Virus record (IMG/VR): IMGVR_UViG_3300049215_000223 | Span: 1 to 64,000 of that record | Length of the DNA: 64,000 nucleotides | Origin: a virus | Reading direction: 5' to 3' (one strand) | In this document: one piece after another, positions 47,203 through 56,307 of the stretch | How positions within the stretch are numbered: the stretch's first letter is position 1 | Layout of the letters: the number at the start of each line of letters is the position of its first letter | The notes under the pieces: model-generated | Database searches by the model: none | Told to the model about the DNA's origin: nothing | Seen by the model: the letters and a program-made list of their open reading frames with translations, nothing else | Made by a program: the position numbers and the translations under genes

Positions 47203-48296
47203 TATTCTAATTTACTCTTTGTATGAAGAAACGAAACAATGAACCCATGTAAGTTCCCATTAAGCACATCATCGGCATCCCTAATCTCATGTTCAGTACG
47301 ATGATCTTTAACAAGTTGATAAGGAGAAAGCGTGTATGTACGCATTTGATTACCAAAAGCATTTTCTGATTGTGATAAGAAGTATTTTTCTTTTTCGGAC
47401 ATTTGCTTCTTCAGTTCTATGTCATACAACTTAGCTTTAAGCATTTTTAGAGCCGTTCGTTTGTTAGCGTGAAAGTCTCTTTCCGTTCTAACGAAGATAT
47501 GTATACCACTAGGAAAATGCTTTAATCTAACTGCCGAACTTACCTTGTTCTGGTTTTGACCTCCAGGTCCACCAGAAGTTTGAGCTGTTATTTCCATATC
47601 TTTATCATTTATCTTTATGTCAATTGTGTCTTCAATGTCAGGCACAACAGCCACAGCGGCAAAAGAGGTATGTCGAGCGTCGCCAGAGTTAAAAGGAGAG
47701 TTACGGATCAGTCTATGAACTCCAGCTTCTCCCTTAAAGAAACCATATGCATAAGGACCATCTATCCTTAGAGATACAGAATCGGTACAGATGCCGCCAT
47801 GCTCTTCAGATGGCTTCATGTCTAATATCTCTAGTTTGAATTTATAACTATCTGCATAGCGAGAATACATACGGAGCAGCATAGTAACCCAATTGGCTGC
47901 CTCCAAGCCTCCTGCGCCTGCGCTGATGGTCAAAATGGCAGGGTTGTTATCTGTAGGATCATTCATCATTTCTTGAAACTCAATTCTGGACAGAATCTCT
48001 TCTACCAAACTGATTTCAGGAATCATAGCCTCTGTTTCTTTAGGCATGGTATTCAGGCACTCTTGAAAGAAAGATACCTGCTCTTTGAGGTATGCCAACT
48101 GCTCTAACAAATCGGATAGCTTCTGCCTTTCCTTCATAAGATCGGCAGCTTCTTTAGGATTGTCCCAAAAGTTAGGGTTGTTGACGAGACTATCTATTTG
48201 TTCCAATCGCAATGTGTGCTGATTGACTGGAACCATTTTTTCCAGGGATTTTATTTTGCCCTGGCAGGATTCAATTAATTGTATTATAGTTTTCAT
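47202..48296 (-). CDS. prfB: Peptide chain release factor 2
   Basis: GVHRLIRNSPF (SPF = RF2 specificity), GGPGGQ, RHTSF, QMRTY; no internal frameshift. Confidence 0.92.
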   Translation of the reverse strand: MKTIIQLIESCQGKIKSLEKMVPVNQHTLRLEQIDSLVNNPNFWDNPKEAADLMKERQKLSDLLEQLAYLKEQVSFFQECLNTMPKETEAMIPEISLVEEILSRIEFQEMMNDPTDNNPAILTISAGAGGLEAANWVTMLLRMYSRYADSYKFKLEILDMKPSEEHGGICTDSVSLRIDGPYAYGFFKGEAGVHRLIRNSPFNSGDARHTSFAAVAVVPDIEDTIDIKINDKDMEITAQTSGGPGGQNQNKVSSAVRLKHFPSGIHIFVRTERDFHANKRTALKMLKAKLYDIELKKQMSEKEKYFLSQSENAFGNQMRTYTLSPYQLVKDHRTEHEIRDADDVLNGNLHGFIVSFLHTKSKLE

Positions 48297-48916
48297 GAGA
48301 AGGTAACCAAAGTTTTTATGCGTGTAATTATCTTATCTCTACCCATACCCTCTAGATTCATAATCTTTGTTCTAAGGGGTTCGGTGTTCGCATTATCGCG
48401 GAGGTAAATGTTGGTAGAGTTAAAGATCCAGTCATTCTGAACCCAGAGATTGTCTACCACAAAACTCTCCATATATAGTCGAACACTTCTAATTTTCCAA
48501 ACTGAAGGTTCGTTCGGTACTGAGTCACATCTAAAGTTATCGCTAGAGATACAGTAATTTAAACCACATGATCTACTGGGGCAGTATAGCTCAATGTGTG
48601 GTCCCAAATTTTCGAATGTCTCTTGTACCAAAAAGCAATCTAGTATTTCAGTACTGCGATCTTCTTTATTTAAAAGATCGAACTTAACGAGATTAGTTCT
48701 AATGTCTATTTCTACATTAGCCTCTAACTCAAAGCCCGGCGTCGTATGCTTCATGTGAAATTGGAATTTACCATCTTTTTCCTTGGACTTTATAATAGGA
48801 ACATCATTGGAAGAACGGCTGAAATTGATGAATATTATTTCCAATTTGCCACCACAGAAGACGCAACTTTCTTTTATCTTAAAGAAGTCTTCTATGCTGT
48901 CAAAATAACATTTCAT
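48293..48916 (-). CDS. Array member 29 (long class)
   Basis: FFKIKESCVFC...RIKTLVTFS. Confidence 0.85.
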   Translation of the reverse strand: MKCYFDSIEDFFKIKESCVFCGGKLEIIFINFSRSSNDVPIIKSKEKDGKFQFHMKHTTPGFELEANVEIDIRTNLVKFDLLNKEDRSTEILDCFLVQETFENLGPHIELYCPSRSCGLNYCISSDNFRCDSVPNEPSVWKIRSVRLYMESFVVDNLWVQNDWIFNSTNIYLRDNANTEPLRTKIMNLEGMGRDKIITRIKTLVTFS

Positions 48917-49518
48917 ACAAAAACTAATAGCCTCTTTATCCTACTCAATGCTTCTTGTGGATTTTTGAGATCCATAGGAATCAATGGAATATATTCGTCA
49001 TTAATGGATCCGTCAACTAAGTGTGCAGTGTAATGAGTTTGTTTGGTTGAATAAATACTAGTGATTTCATACAAGATTCCGTTTTCTTCTAAACTAACTC
49101 TTTCTGAGTTTAATAAAACTTTAGTTAATTTCTTATCAGTTAAATCAATACATATTTGCCAAGTACATGAAAATAAGAAACACTGTTCACATTCTGCTCT
49201 TAGACCCTGATATAAAGTCCCAGAGCGGGGAAGAGGGTTAGGATTAGATGCTATAATTCCCTTAACCCTCCCGCCTGTATACATATGCCGTGTAACTTCC
49301 CTACCGTAAACCTCTATTTTAATTTCGTTGGTATGTGGGTCGATAGTTAAAATATCCTCATTGTTTCCGCCAGACAAGTAAAAAGATATTTTTTGTTTGC
49401 CTCCCTGCCACACAAAATCTTCTACCATAAACTCATTGTTAAAAGTAAGCGTGGAGTCACAGAATGGGCAGTATTTGTGATATTCTAGCGCTTGCTTGAT
49501 GTCAGTGAAAGATATCAT
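48913..49518 (-). CDS. Array member 30 (long class)
   Basis: ALEYHKYCPFC...RIKRLLVFV. Confidence 0.85.
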   Translation of the reverse strand: MISFTDIKQALEYHKYCPFCDSTLTFNNEFMVEDFVWQGGKQKISFYLSGGNNEDILTIDPHTNEIKIEVYGREVTRHMYTGGRVKGIIASNPNPLPRSGTLYQGLRAECEQCFLFSCTWQICIDLTDKKLTKVLLNSERVSLEENGILYEITSIYSTKQTHYTAHLVDGSINDEYIPLIPMDLKNPQEALSRIKRLLVFV

Positions 49519-50156
49519 GAGGATGACGAGTCGTAATATTCATCGAACACTTCTTCGGTAAGTCCTGCGTCAATCAAAATAGGACGACCATCTTTGGTTC
49601 CCCAGGAAGATATCCTAGCAATGTCTCCTGCCAGTAAATCAAATTTTTCGCCTAGACGTTTCATTTCTTTATAAACCTCTGAGTCGGCAACCTTATCAAA
49701 TCCTTTAGGCTTTTCTGAGGTGGACTTCAAACCATATCTAAGAGCCTCACCAAAATCATCAAAATCTAGCCCAGTCATCTCTTTGAAATCTTTGGTAGTT
49801 ATCTTGTCTAAATAGTGTGTTTCTAGCCAGGAGTGATTCTTTGCGCAACTGATGATTTCATTGATGAACTTGGACTTCATCTTAGGGTTGCATTCCACTT
49901 CGTTTTGAGCAATTCCTTTGTCATTCTTAGCCATTTTAACAACTGTCTTATCAGGTGTCAAATACACAATTCTGGAGGAGCCAGAGGATAAGTGCTCTAA
50001 GTTTTTCTCAGCATATTCCTTGCGGGCGGTATACGTTTCCAGCCCTTCCAAGTTCTTTAGGATTGTCTTTAGATCCTTAGAATCGGCAGGCAGCTCTTCG
50101 CTTTCGGCTAGCGATTGGAAGAAATGGGCTAATTTGAGCAACTTATTGATATCCAT
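49515..50156 (-). CDS. Atypical protein kinase-like protein
   Basis: LSSGSSRIVY (Gly loop), VVKMAK, QNEVE, DIARISSWG (catalytic loop-like), ILIDAG. Confidence 0.6.
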   Translation of the reverse strand: MDINKLLKLAHFFQSLAESEELPADSKDLKTILKNLEGLETYTARKEYAEKNLEHLSSGSSRIVYLTPDKTVVKMAKNDKGIAQNEVECNPKMKSKFINEIISCAKNHSWLETHYLDKITTKDFKEMTGLDFDDFGEALRYGLKSTSEKPKGFDKVADSEVYKEMKRLGEKFDLLAGDIARISSWGTKDGRPILIDAGLTEEVFDEYYDSSSS

Positions 50157-50198
50157 ACGATAATGCAAACTTAGTAATATTACGTTATATTTTAGAAT

Positions 50199-50741
50199 AT
50201 GAACAATGTATCTAAGGAAGAATACCTAAGACTTATTGAAGAATATGTCAATGACCAATATGGTGATAATGATGGCGATGAAACAACCTTAGACGTTGGA
50301 GCATTTGAAGGGGGATGGATCCCCGCCGATCCACCTGCCAAAGAAAGAATGAAAAATGCTCTAGGTGGGGGCAGTAGCTGCATTGATTTAACCACCGCTA
50401 AGAAAGATAAGATTTCAGACGCACTTTACAAATATCACAATATAAAGGTTGGGGAATTCATTATTAGAATTGAAGAATATCACGGCAGACCTGGTAAAAC
50501 TGGTAAGACTGTTAACCTAACAATGGACGTTTCAGTATGGGAAGAAGTATACAGGACCCCATCTGGTACCCCTTGTAAAATGACATATCGTAAGAATTTC
50601 CACCAAGATAATAAATTTGACAAACGACCTTGGCTAAACTACTTTAGTAATAGTGGAGATGCTCATAACATCCCAGCAGATACAGTAGTTGATGTTATTA
50701 GATGGATGCAAGCTCTTAAGAGAATGACTGCGTTTCTTTAA
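50199..50741 (+). CDS. Hypothetical protein, paralog of 45518..45943
   Basis: IKVGEFII, VWEE, ends LKRMTAFL. Confidence 0.7.
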   Translation: MNNVSKEEYLRLIEEYVNDQYGDNDGDETTLDVGAFEGGWIPADPPAKERMKNALGGGSSCIDLTTAKKDKISDALYKYHNIKVGEFIIRIEEYHGRPGKTGKTVNLTMDVSVWEEVYRTPSGTPCKMTYRKNFHQDNKFDKRPWLNYFSNSGDAHNIPADTVVDVIRWMQALKRMTAFL

Positions 50742-51379
50742 GAGAACAATATTAATTTTTCTAATCTTTTCAAAGTCTCATCATGAGATGTAAATGGAAT
50801 TAAACCTGTATGCAAATGATTAGTTAATTCATCAGTTATATATTTATTTTCTCTCAAAGATTTAACTTTACCATAATTAATAAAAGTTTCCTTGGATTTA
50901 TAGTATGTTACCATGCTGTATACTTTATAGCCACCTAACATTGCTGGCTTAATTAGCCAACATTGTTCAGTGTGAACTGATAATTCTCCAATAGAGCAAT
51001 TTTTATAATCAAAATTCAAAGGGTTAGTTGCATAATTATATCTTTCACAACTATTACAGTGTTTGTAAATCTTATAACCAGCCAAATTTTCATCTAAACT
51101 TTTGAATCGATCCATTAGAAATCGTGGAGATACATCCTCATATCTAATTTCATCGTGAGTAAAAAATTCTATTCTAAGAGAGTTGTCATCGAATCCAAAA
51201 GAATAACCAACCTTGTAGTGCTTCTGCTTTTTGGTCAAACCATCTAACGGAAACAGAATCAACATACGATTATCTTCAAACCTAATTTTTTGTCTTCTGT
51301 TAGAGTGAAATGCAATGTTCAATGGGTTTTGACAGATAGGGCACTCTTTTTTATAATCAAGGAATTCGCGTAGTTTCAT
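50738..51379 (-). CDS. Array member 31 (long class)
   Basis: FLDYKKECPIC...RLEKLILFS. Confidence 0.85.
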   Translation of the reverse strand: MKLREFLDYKKECPICQNPLNIAFHSNRRQKIRFEDNRMLILFPLDGLTKKQKHYKVGYSFGFDDNSLRIEFFTHDEIRYEDVSPRFLMDRFKSLDENLAGYKIYKHCNSCERYNYATNPLNFDYKNCSIGELSVHTEQCWLIKPAMLGGYKVYSMVTYYKSKETFINYGKVKSLRENKYITDELTNHLHTGLIPFTSHDETLKRLEKLILFS

Positions 51380-52206
51380 GGGATAGTCTTACAGCATCTA
51401 AAACCGGTATCATAATAGGAAAATGTGGGTCCATGACCATCTGTTCGGGGGCTGCAACGATTTCTAACGCCATGTGGGTGTCCACCCTTAAATACAGATA
51501 CATAAGGTGTGCCGCCTGATGAAACTGCCCACTCATCGGCATTCCCCGTCATATCATATACTCCATATGGTGAGATACAGTTTGGCATTGAACCGGAAGG
51601 AACAGTTTTATCTAGTTGCTCAAAGGTATGTGTTGCTGGGTCTTGCCAAGGTAAATCTATACGGCAAGCATTGGTATCACGAACATACCCATAAGGGTAT
51701 GGAAGATCACTTGGACCTCGACAAGCTTGCGTCCATTCTGTATCTACACAGAGACGTTTACCTTCTGATTCACAAGTCGCTTTAGCTTGATTCCAAGTAG
51801 TTTGCAATTGAGGTTTACTTCCTAATTTATTTGGATATTCGTATTTATCAATACAAAAATTCATGTGTCTAGTCTGACCTTTACAGACCGTTGGCTTCTG
51901 GAACTCCCCGCACCTCATCGGAGAACTCCACTCTTCACAAGTACCAGCATCGTCTTTCTTTACACAAAGAGGAGCATCTAGCCATTTGAGGCAAATCTCT
52001 TCTAGATTTATGCAATATTCTCCGGTTATTTGAACCATATCAGATGGGCAGGTAGATACTGGTTGCACCACAACATCATCTAATGTCAGATCTATAGGGC
52101 TAGAATCTTTTGTTATTGTCTGTGCTCCAATCCGAGATGAAAATTTCTCCGTAGCACAACTCGTTAAAACCAACAAAACTAAAATACAAATACTACTGCG
52201 TCTCAT
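51376..52206 (-). CDS. FGE/SUMF1 (formylglycine-generating enzyme fold) lipoprotein
   Basis: CPSDMV, FCIDKYEYPN, CESEGKRLC...EWTQACRG, YGVYDMTGNADEW, GFRCC; lipobox LTSC. Confidence 0.88.
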   Translation of the reverse strand: MRRSSICILVLLVLTSCATEKFSSRIGAQTITKDSSPIDLTLDDVVVQPVSTCPSDMVQITGEYCINLEEICLKWLDAPLCVKKDDAGTCEEWSSPMRCGEFQKPTVCKGQTRHMNFCIDKYEYPNKLGSKPQLQTTWNQAKATCESEGKRLCVDTEWTQACRGPSDLPYPYGYVRDTNACRIDLPWQDPATHTFEQLDKTVPSGSMPNCISPYGVYDMTGNADEWAVSSGGTPYVSVFKGGHPHGVRNRCSPRTDGHGPTFSYYDTGFRCCKTIP

Positions 52207-52252
52207 GCAACCTCGCACCCATATAATATAGCCACAGTGGGGCGAAGTGCAA

Positions 52253-52951
52253 CTAAGAAAACAATAACAGCGTCTTGAGTTTATTCAGTAAAAATTCATG
52301 CTCCAGAGGATACCTTAAAAATTTCTCCGAATTCATTTGTATAACTTGCTGCGTCCCCAAGATGTAGGGTGGCATTGGCATATTGTAAGTAATGCTAGTA
52401 GTCTCTGTTGCAAAATCAGTTTTGAAATAATACTTCATTCTCATACCATTGAGAATGAAGTATTCCGATATAAGAGTAATTGGTTTTAGCTGCATCATGT
52501 CCATGTCAAAAATAATAGGTCCTGTAGATAATTGGTATCTGTACTGACAGCTGGAATGATGGGAGCACTGCAATCTTAGATTGATATTGAATCCAGTTTG
52601 TAACTGTTGAGTAAAGTGTCTCTTAACAAAATCATCCGGTGATGTACTGTATTCCGTGACTGTAGAGACTCCACCCGTTTCATAATATTCAGACTTAATA
52701 CTACAGGACGGATCTTTTAAGTTAGCAAGTATAAGAAAATATACCTGTCCTGATGGAGAAAGACGAGATTCCAAACAGCATGGGAAGGCTACCTGATCTC
52801 CCCCTTTAACTAACTTATAAGCACTCATTGGCTTGATAACAGTATAATCATCATCCATATGAATACCATGATTGAATACGATGGATAAAGGATTACCGCA
52901 TAGACAATTAGTCCTGAAGTTGAAGAGCTGCTCAAATGTCGCAAGTTGCAT
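52253..52951 (-). CDS. Array member 32 (long class, first transcribed)
   Basis: LFNFRTNCLCG...KLKTLLLFS. Confidence 0.85.
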   Translation of the reverse strand: MQLATFEQLFNFRTNCLCGNPLSIVFNHGIHMDDDYTVIKPMSAYKLVKGGDQVAFPCCLESRLSPSGQVYFLILANLKDPSCSIKSEYYETGGVSTVTEYSTSPDDFVKRHFTQQLQTGFNINLRLQCSHHSSCQYRYQLSTGPIIFDMDMMQLKPITLISEYFILNGMRMKYYFKTDFATETTSITYNMPMPPYILGTQQVIQMNSEKFLRYPLEHEFLLNKLKTLLLFS

Positions 52952-53015
52952 GATCGTCTATATAACTCCCTCCCCCTATAAGATCCCCCATGCGAATGTC
53001 GAGATCGGGTTGGGC

Positions 53016-53060
53016 AAAAAGAAAAAATAAAGAGCGGCAAACTTTGACATTTGCCGCTCT
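53016..53060 (-). terminator. Intrinsic terminator
   Basis: AGAGCGGCAAA/TTTGCCGCTCT stem followed by TTATTTTTTCTTTTT on minus. Confidence 0.7.
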
Positions 53061-53143
53061 AAGATTAAGCTATGGGTTGTGTACGCTACCGAACTAACAG
53101 ACCTGGTAGTGGGTCATTACATAACTACCCGACACTCGGATTA

Positions 53144-53656
53144 TTAAAATGGTGCTTTGGTTACTAAGCCTGGATTTTTAACTTGTAGGTAAACTTCTTT
53201 AATAGCGTCGGCAGTTCCTGGTTTGCTATAAGTCTTTTTGAACTCACTAATGGCTTTTTGGGTCTCTGGACCTAATATGCCGTCTACTTTTATTGGAAGT
53301 ATTTTACCGTATGGTACTAATATTTGGTTTAATTGATCTTGAGTTTCTTTTGAAACAGATGGTGCGGTCGGAGCAACAGTTGCGGGAGGAGCAGGTGCAT
53401 CCTCTTTGGTTACCATATCTTTCCAGCTTTTTAATGGCTTATCTTCTACTCCGGACAATTGCTCACGCAAAGTAAGCTTCCTACCACCAGGCGTTCCTGG
53501 TGAACCTGGAGTTTTAACGGTTGGTCCAGTCAATGTTGCTTGTGGTACTGGTATTTGTCCTTGTGCTATTGCTTGTAAGAATGTAGCGCGGTCGCCATAA
53601 ACGGCAAGTTTCTCAAATTCTTCAGCTCTTTTTAACAATGAATCATATTTCTTCAT
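53144..53656 (-). CDS. Protein with C-terminal peptidoglycan-binding-like domain
   Basis: IKVDGILGPETQKAISEFKK; Pro-rich linker; N-terminal LLKRAEEFEKLA. Confidence 0.65.
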   Translation of the reverse strand: MKKYDSLLKRAEEFEKLAVYGDRATFLQAIAQGQIPVPQATLTGPTVKTPGSPGTPGGRKLTLREQLSGVEDKPLKSWKDMVTKEDAPAPPATVAPTAPSVSKETQDQLNQILVPYGKILPIKVDGILGPETQKAISEFKKTYSKPGTADAIKEVYLQVKNPGLVTKAPF

Positions 53657-53707
53657 ATTTAAGCACCTTCTGAAAATACTACAAAATATATGTTGTTATG
53701 CCTAGCA

Positions 53708-54400
53708 TTATTCATCATCATCGTCATCTTCTTCTTCATTTTCAGGGAGAGGGTAACAATGATCATCGTCATGGTTAATGGGTATTTCTTCTAATAATTC
53801 TCCCAATCCCTCTGATTCGGGTCTGAGTTTATCCCCAAATACACCTTCATCAATACCATTTCCCTCTAGATTTTCTACTCCAAATAGTTCTAATGCACCT
53901 AATCCTTCAGGGCGCCTTGGACTCAAATGGAAATGTGGCTTTGGATTCTCTGGGGTCTGAGTTTGAGGCGGGGCAAGAGGGTGTGGGAATGGTGAACAGG
54001 CTGAATTGGAGCCTTTGATGCCATTTATCAAATTCCAAATATTGAGTCGCATAACTGGCAAAGTTAGTCCAGGAGGACCGAAGTTATTTTTTTCTACACT
54101 GGCAAGACCCGCCTTGGCAAAAATAACAATATCAGCCAGGTTTCGGTTGGTATAATCCCTGAAGTCAGGTAGCACCACCAAAATTCTCAGACGCTGGAGG
54201 TGCACATTACTTGGATAATTTGGATCTGCCGCCACTCTAGCATTGAATTCAATTAGACTCATAGCCTCATTGATTTCTAATTGCTTTGCTAAAGTAGATT
54301 CAATACTTTGGTTTTGGCTGGTATCAGTTTGCAACAAACCCAAAACACTTGAGTTAATGGTGTCGTTGACAAAGATGATAATTCCTGGCATTTGACTCAT
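53708..54400 (-). CDS. Hypothetical protein with acidic tail
   Basis: 230-aa ORF. Confidence 0.6.
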   Translation of the reverse strand: MSQMPGIIIFVNDTINSSVLGLLQTDTSQNQSIESTLAKQLEINEAMSLIEFNARVAADPNYPSNVHLQRLRILVVLPDFRDYTNRNLADIVIFAKAGLASVEKNNFGPPGLTLPVMRLNIWNLINGIKGSNSACSPFPHPLAPPQTQTPENPKPHFHLSPRRPEGLGALELFGVENLEGNGIDEGVFGDKLRPESEGLGELLEEIPINHDDDHCYPLPENEEEDDDDDE

Positions 54401-54475
54401 AATTGTATGATATTTTATCCCATTGACAATTTAAAGGATCGTGATTAAGTTGTCATGACATATTTTGGAGAAACC

Positions 54476-54976
54476 ATGATTGATAATCCTACTTTTCGTT
54501 TTGCTATTAGAGAAGACTTATCAGACCAAGAAGATAAGTTTGTACCGTCACGTGGCACTGAACGTGCGACTGGCTGGGATGTGCGAGCCGCAATGAAAGA
54601 CCATCAAAATCTAGTAATACGTGCAGGTTTCTATTACAAAATTCCGCTGGGGTTTCGCGTTTTTGCGCCTGAAGGCTGGTGGTTAGAACTACGTCCCCGT
54701 TCCTCAACCTTTGGCAAAAAGCAATTACATTCTTTATATGGTGTTATAGATGAGGACTACGAAGGCGAGTGCCTATTTGCCTGCCAATATCTACCGGATA
54801 TTAGAAGCATGGGCGCGGACCTCACAATTGAATTTGGAGAAGCCATTGGTCAGATTCTTCCCGTCAAAAGACAAGAAATGCAAGTCGAGAAAATCTCGAA
54901 CGAAGATTACCAACGTGCATGTCAGGCAAGAAATGCCAAAAGAGGAGCTGGGGGCTTTGGCTCAACAGGAAAGTAA
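54476..54976 (+). CDS. dut: dUTPase (trimeric type)
   Basis: ATGWDV (I), RPRSS (II), GVIDEDYEG (III), GQIL (IV), RGAGGFGSTG (V). Confidence 0.92.
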   Translation: MIDNPTFRFAIREDLSDQEDKFVPSRGTERATGWDVRAAMKDHQNLVIRAGFYYKIPLGFRVFAPEGWWLELRPRSSTFGKKQLHSLYGVIDEDYEGECLFACQYLPDIRSMGADLTIEFGEAIGQILPVKRQEMQVEKISNEDYQRACQARNAKRGAGGFGSTGK

Positions 54977-54977
54977 T

Positions 54978-55904
54978 ATGATAGATTTATTTGATAACAG
55001 CAAACATTACGAATTGGATCCAGAGAGCTTGAAAAAGAAAGATAATCCAACCGCTCACAAAGAACACGCCCGCACACTATTGGGAGCTAGTGGAAGCACT
55101 GGTCCTATGGGAGCGACAGGGTATATGCCACCCACGGTGGTGGGAGTTACTGGACCCACAGGATCTGCAGGGCATACATTCAGACCCATCGTAACTCCAG
55201 AGGAAGAGGATGTTATTAAAAAGTTCTTTGATGCGAACCCTCAACTCAAGGCTGACAAAGAAAGTATAGATAATTCACGCTATGTAACTAGCGTTTTTGT
55301 TGAAGGAAATGATAGAACTTATAAATATGATCCAGATGTTGAGTGGATTCAAACCTATTCGGGCAGACGTTTTTGTCCAACCAATCCTAATCCAGACGCT
55401 ATTGTCATTCAAGATATTGCTCACTCACTAGCCATGCAGTGCCGCTTTAGCGGGCATGTAAAGAAGTTTTATTCAGTAGCTCAGCATAGCGTATTAGTTA
55501 GTTACATCTGTGACTCTGCTGATGCTCTATGGGGATTGATGCATGACGCTTCAGAAGCTTACCTAGTAGATGTGCCGCGACCGCTAAAGCGCTCCGGTAA
55601 GTTTGATGCTTATTTAAGGTTTGAGGCAGAAATGCAAAGAGCCGTTTGTACCAGATTTGGATTGCCAGAAAAAGAACCGCCTTCAGTCAAGAGGGCTGAT
55701 ACCATATTACTAGCCACAGAAGCTAGAGACTTAATGTCGCCACTACATCCAGATTGGACTCAGGCATGTGATCCATTACCATTCAAGATTGATCCATTGC
55801 CACCAGATAAGGCTAAAGATCTATTCATGAAGAGATTCTTTGAATTGACTGGAATGCCTGGAGCCTATGAACATTATCTGGATTATGAATACAATAACTC
55901 TTGA
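54978..55904 (+). CDS. HD-domain phosphohydrolase (YfbR/YfdR-like) with Gly-X-Y N-terminal segment
   Basis: DIAHSLA..CRFSGH, YSVAQHSVLV, LMHDASEAY, ADTILLATE. Confidence 0.85.
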   Translation: MIDLFDNSKHYELDPESLKKKDNPTAHKEHARTLLGASGSTGPMGATGYMPPTVVGVTGPTGSAGHTFRPIVTPEEEDVIKKFFDANPQLKADKESIDNSRYVTSVFVEGNDRTYKYDPDVEWIQTYSGRRFCPTNPNPDAIVIQDIAHSLAMQCRFSGHVKKFYSVAQHSVLVSYICDSADALWGLMHDASEAYLVDVPRPLKRSGKFDAYLRFEAEMQRAVCTRFGLPEKEPPSVKRADTILLATEARDLMSPLHPDWTQACDPLPFKIDPLPPDKAKDLFMKRFFELTGMPGAYEHYLDYEYNNS

Positions 55905-55917
55905 TATAGATATATTT

Positions 55918-56307
55918 ATGAAAAATCCTCAATTTGATAAAGCTAAAGCTCAGATAGAAGCTCTCTTTAAAGTAAAGATGGCTGAAGCTGAAACAAAAGA
56001 GCAAGAGACAGAAAAGAAAAATTTAGTTGCCAAGGCAAAAGCTGAGCGTACCCACGCACTTAAAGAATTGACAGCAGCTTTACCTAAACCCAAATACTAC
56101 TACGATGTTAAAGTAGAGTGTATGTTGCCTGCCACTTTGACCTATAGAGTTCTAGCTGAAGATGCTCAGCAAGCGGCTGAACTGATTAAAGGCAAAAGTC
56201 CAAACTCTGTCCAACATAAGTTGATTGGTAGGAAAGAGATGGTTCTTAGAGTTTACGATGCTAGTAGTACGATGATGAGATTTATGAAAAAGCTATTGGG
56301 GGGCTAA
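55918..56307 (+). CDS. Hypothetical protein
   Basis: Operon context; start uncertain. Confidence 0.6.
   Translation: MKNPQFDKAKAQIEALFKVKMAEAETKEQETEKKNLVAKAKAERTHALKELTAALPKPKYYYDVKVECMLPATLTYRVLAEDAQQAAELIKGKSPNSVQHKLIGRKEMVLRVYDASSTMMRFMKKLLGG

Noticed and set aside
35385-52951. Diversity-generating retroelement as the source of array variability
   Set aside because: No reverse transcriptase and no near-identical template/variable repeat pair differing at adenines were seen; members are deeply diverged throughout.
54978-55904. DatZ-type dATPase of a 2-aminoadenine (Z) genome
   Set aside because: Motifs fit the common YfbR/YfdR-like HD family and no PurZ is in the window; it cannot be excluded for the rest of the genome.
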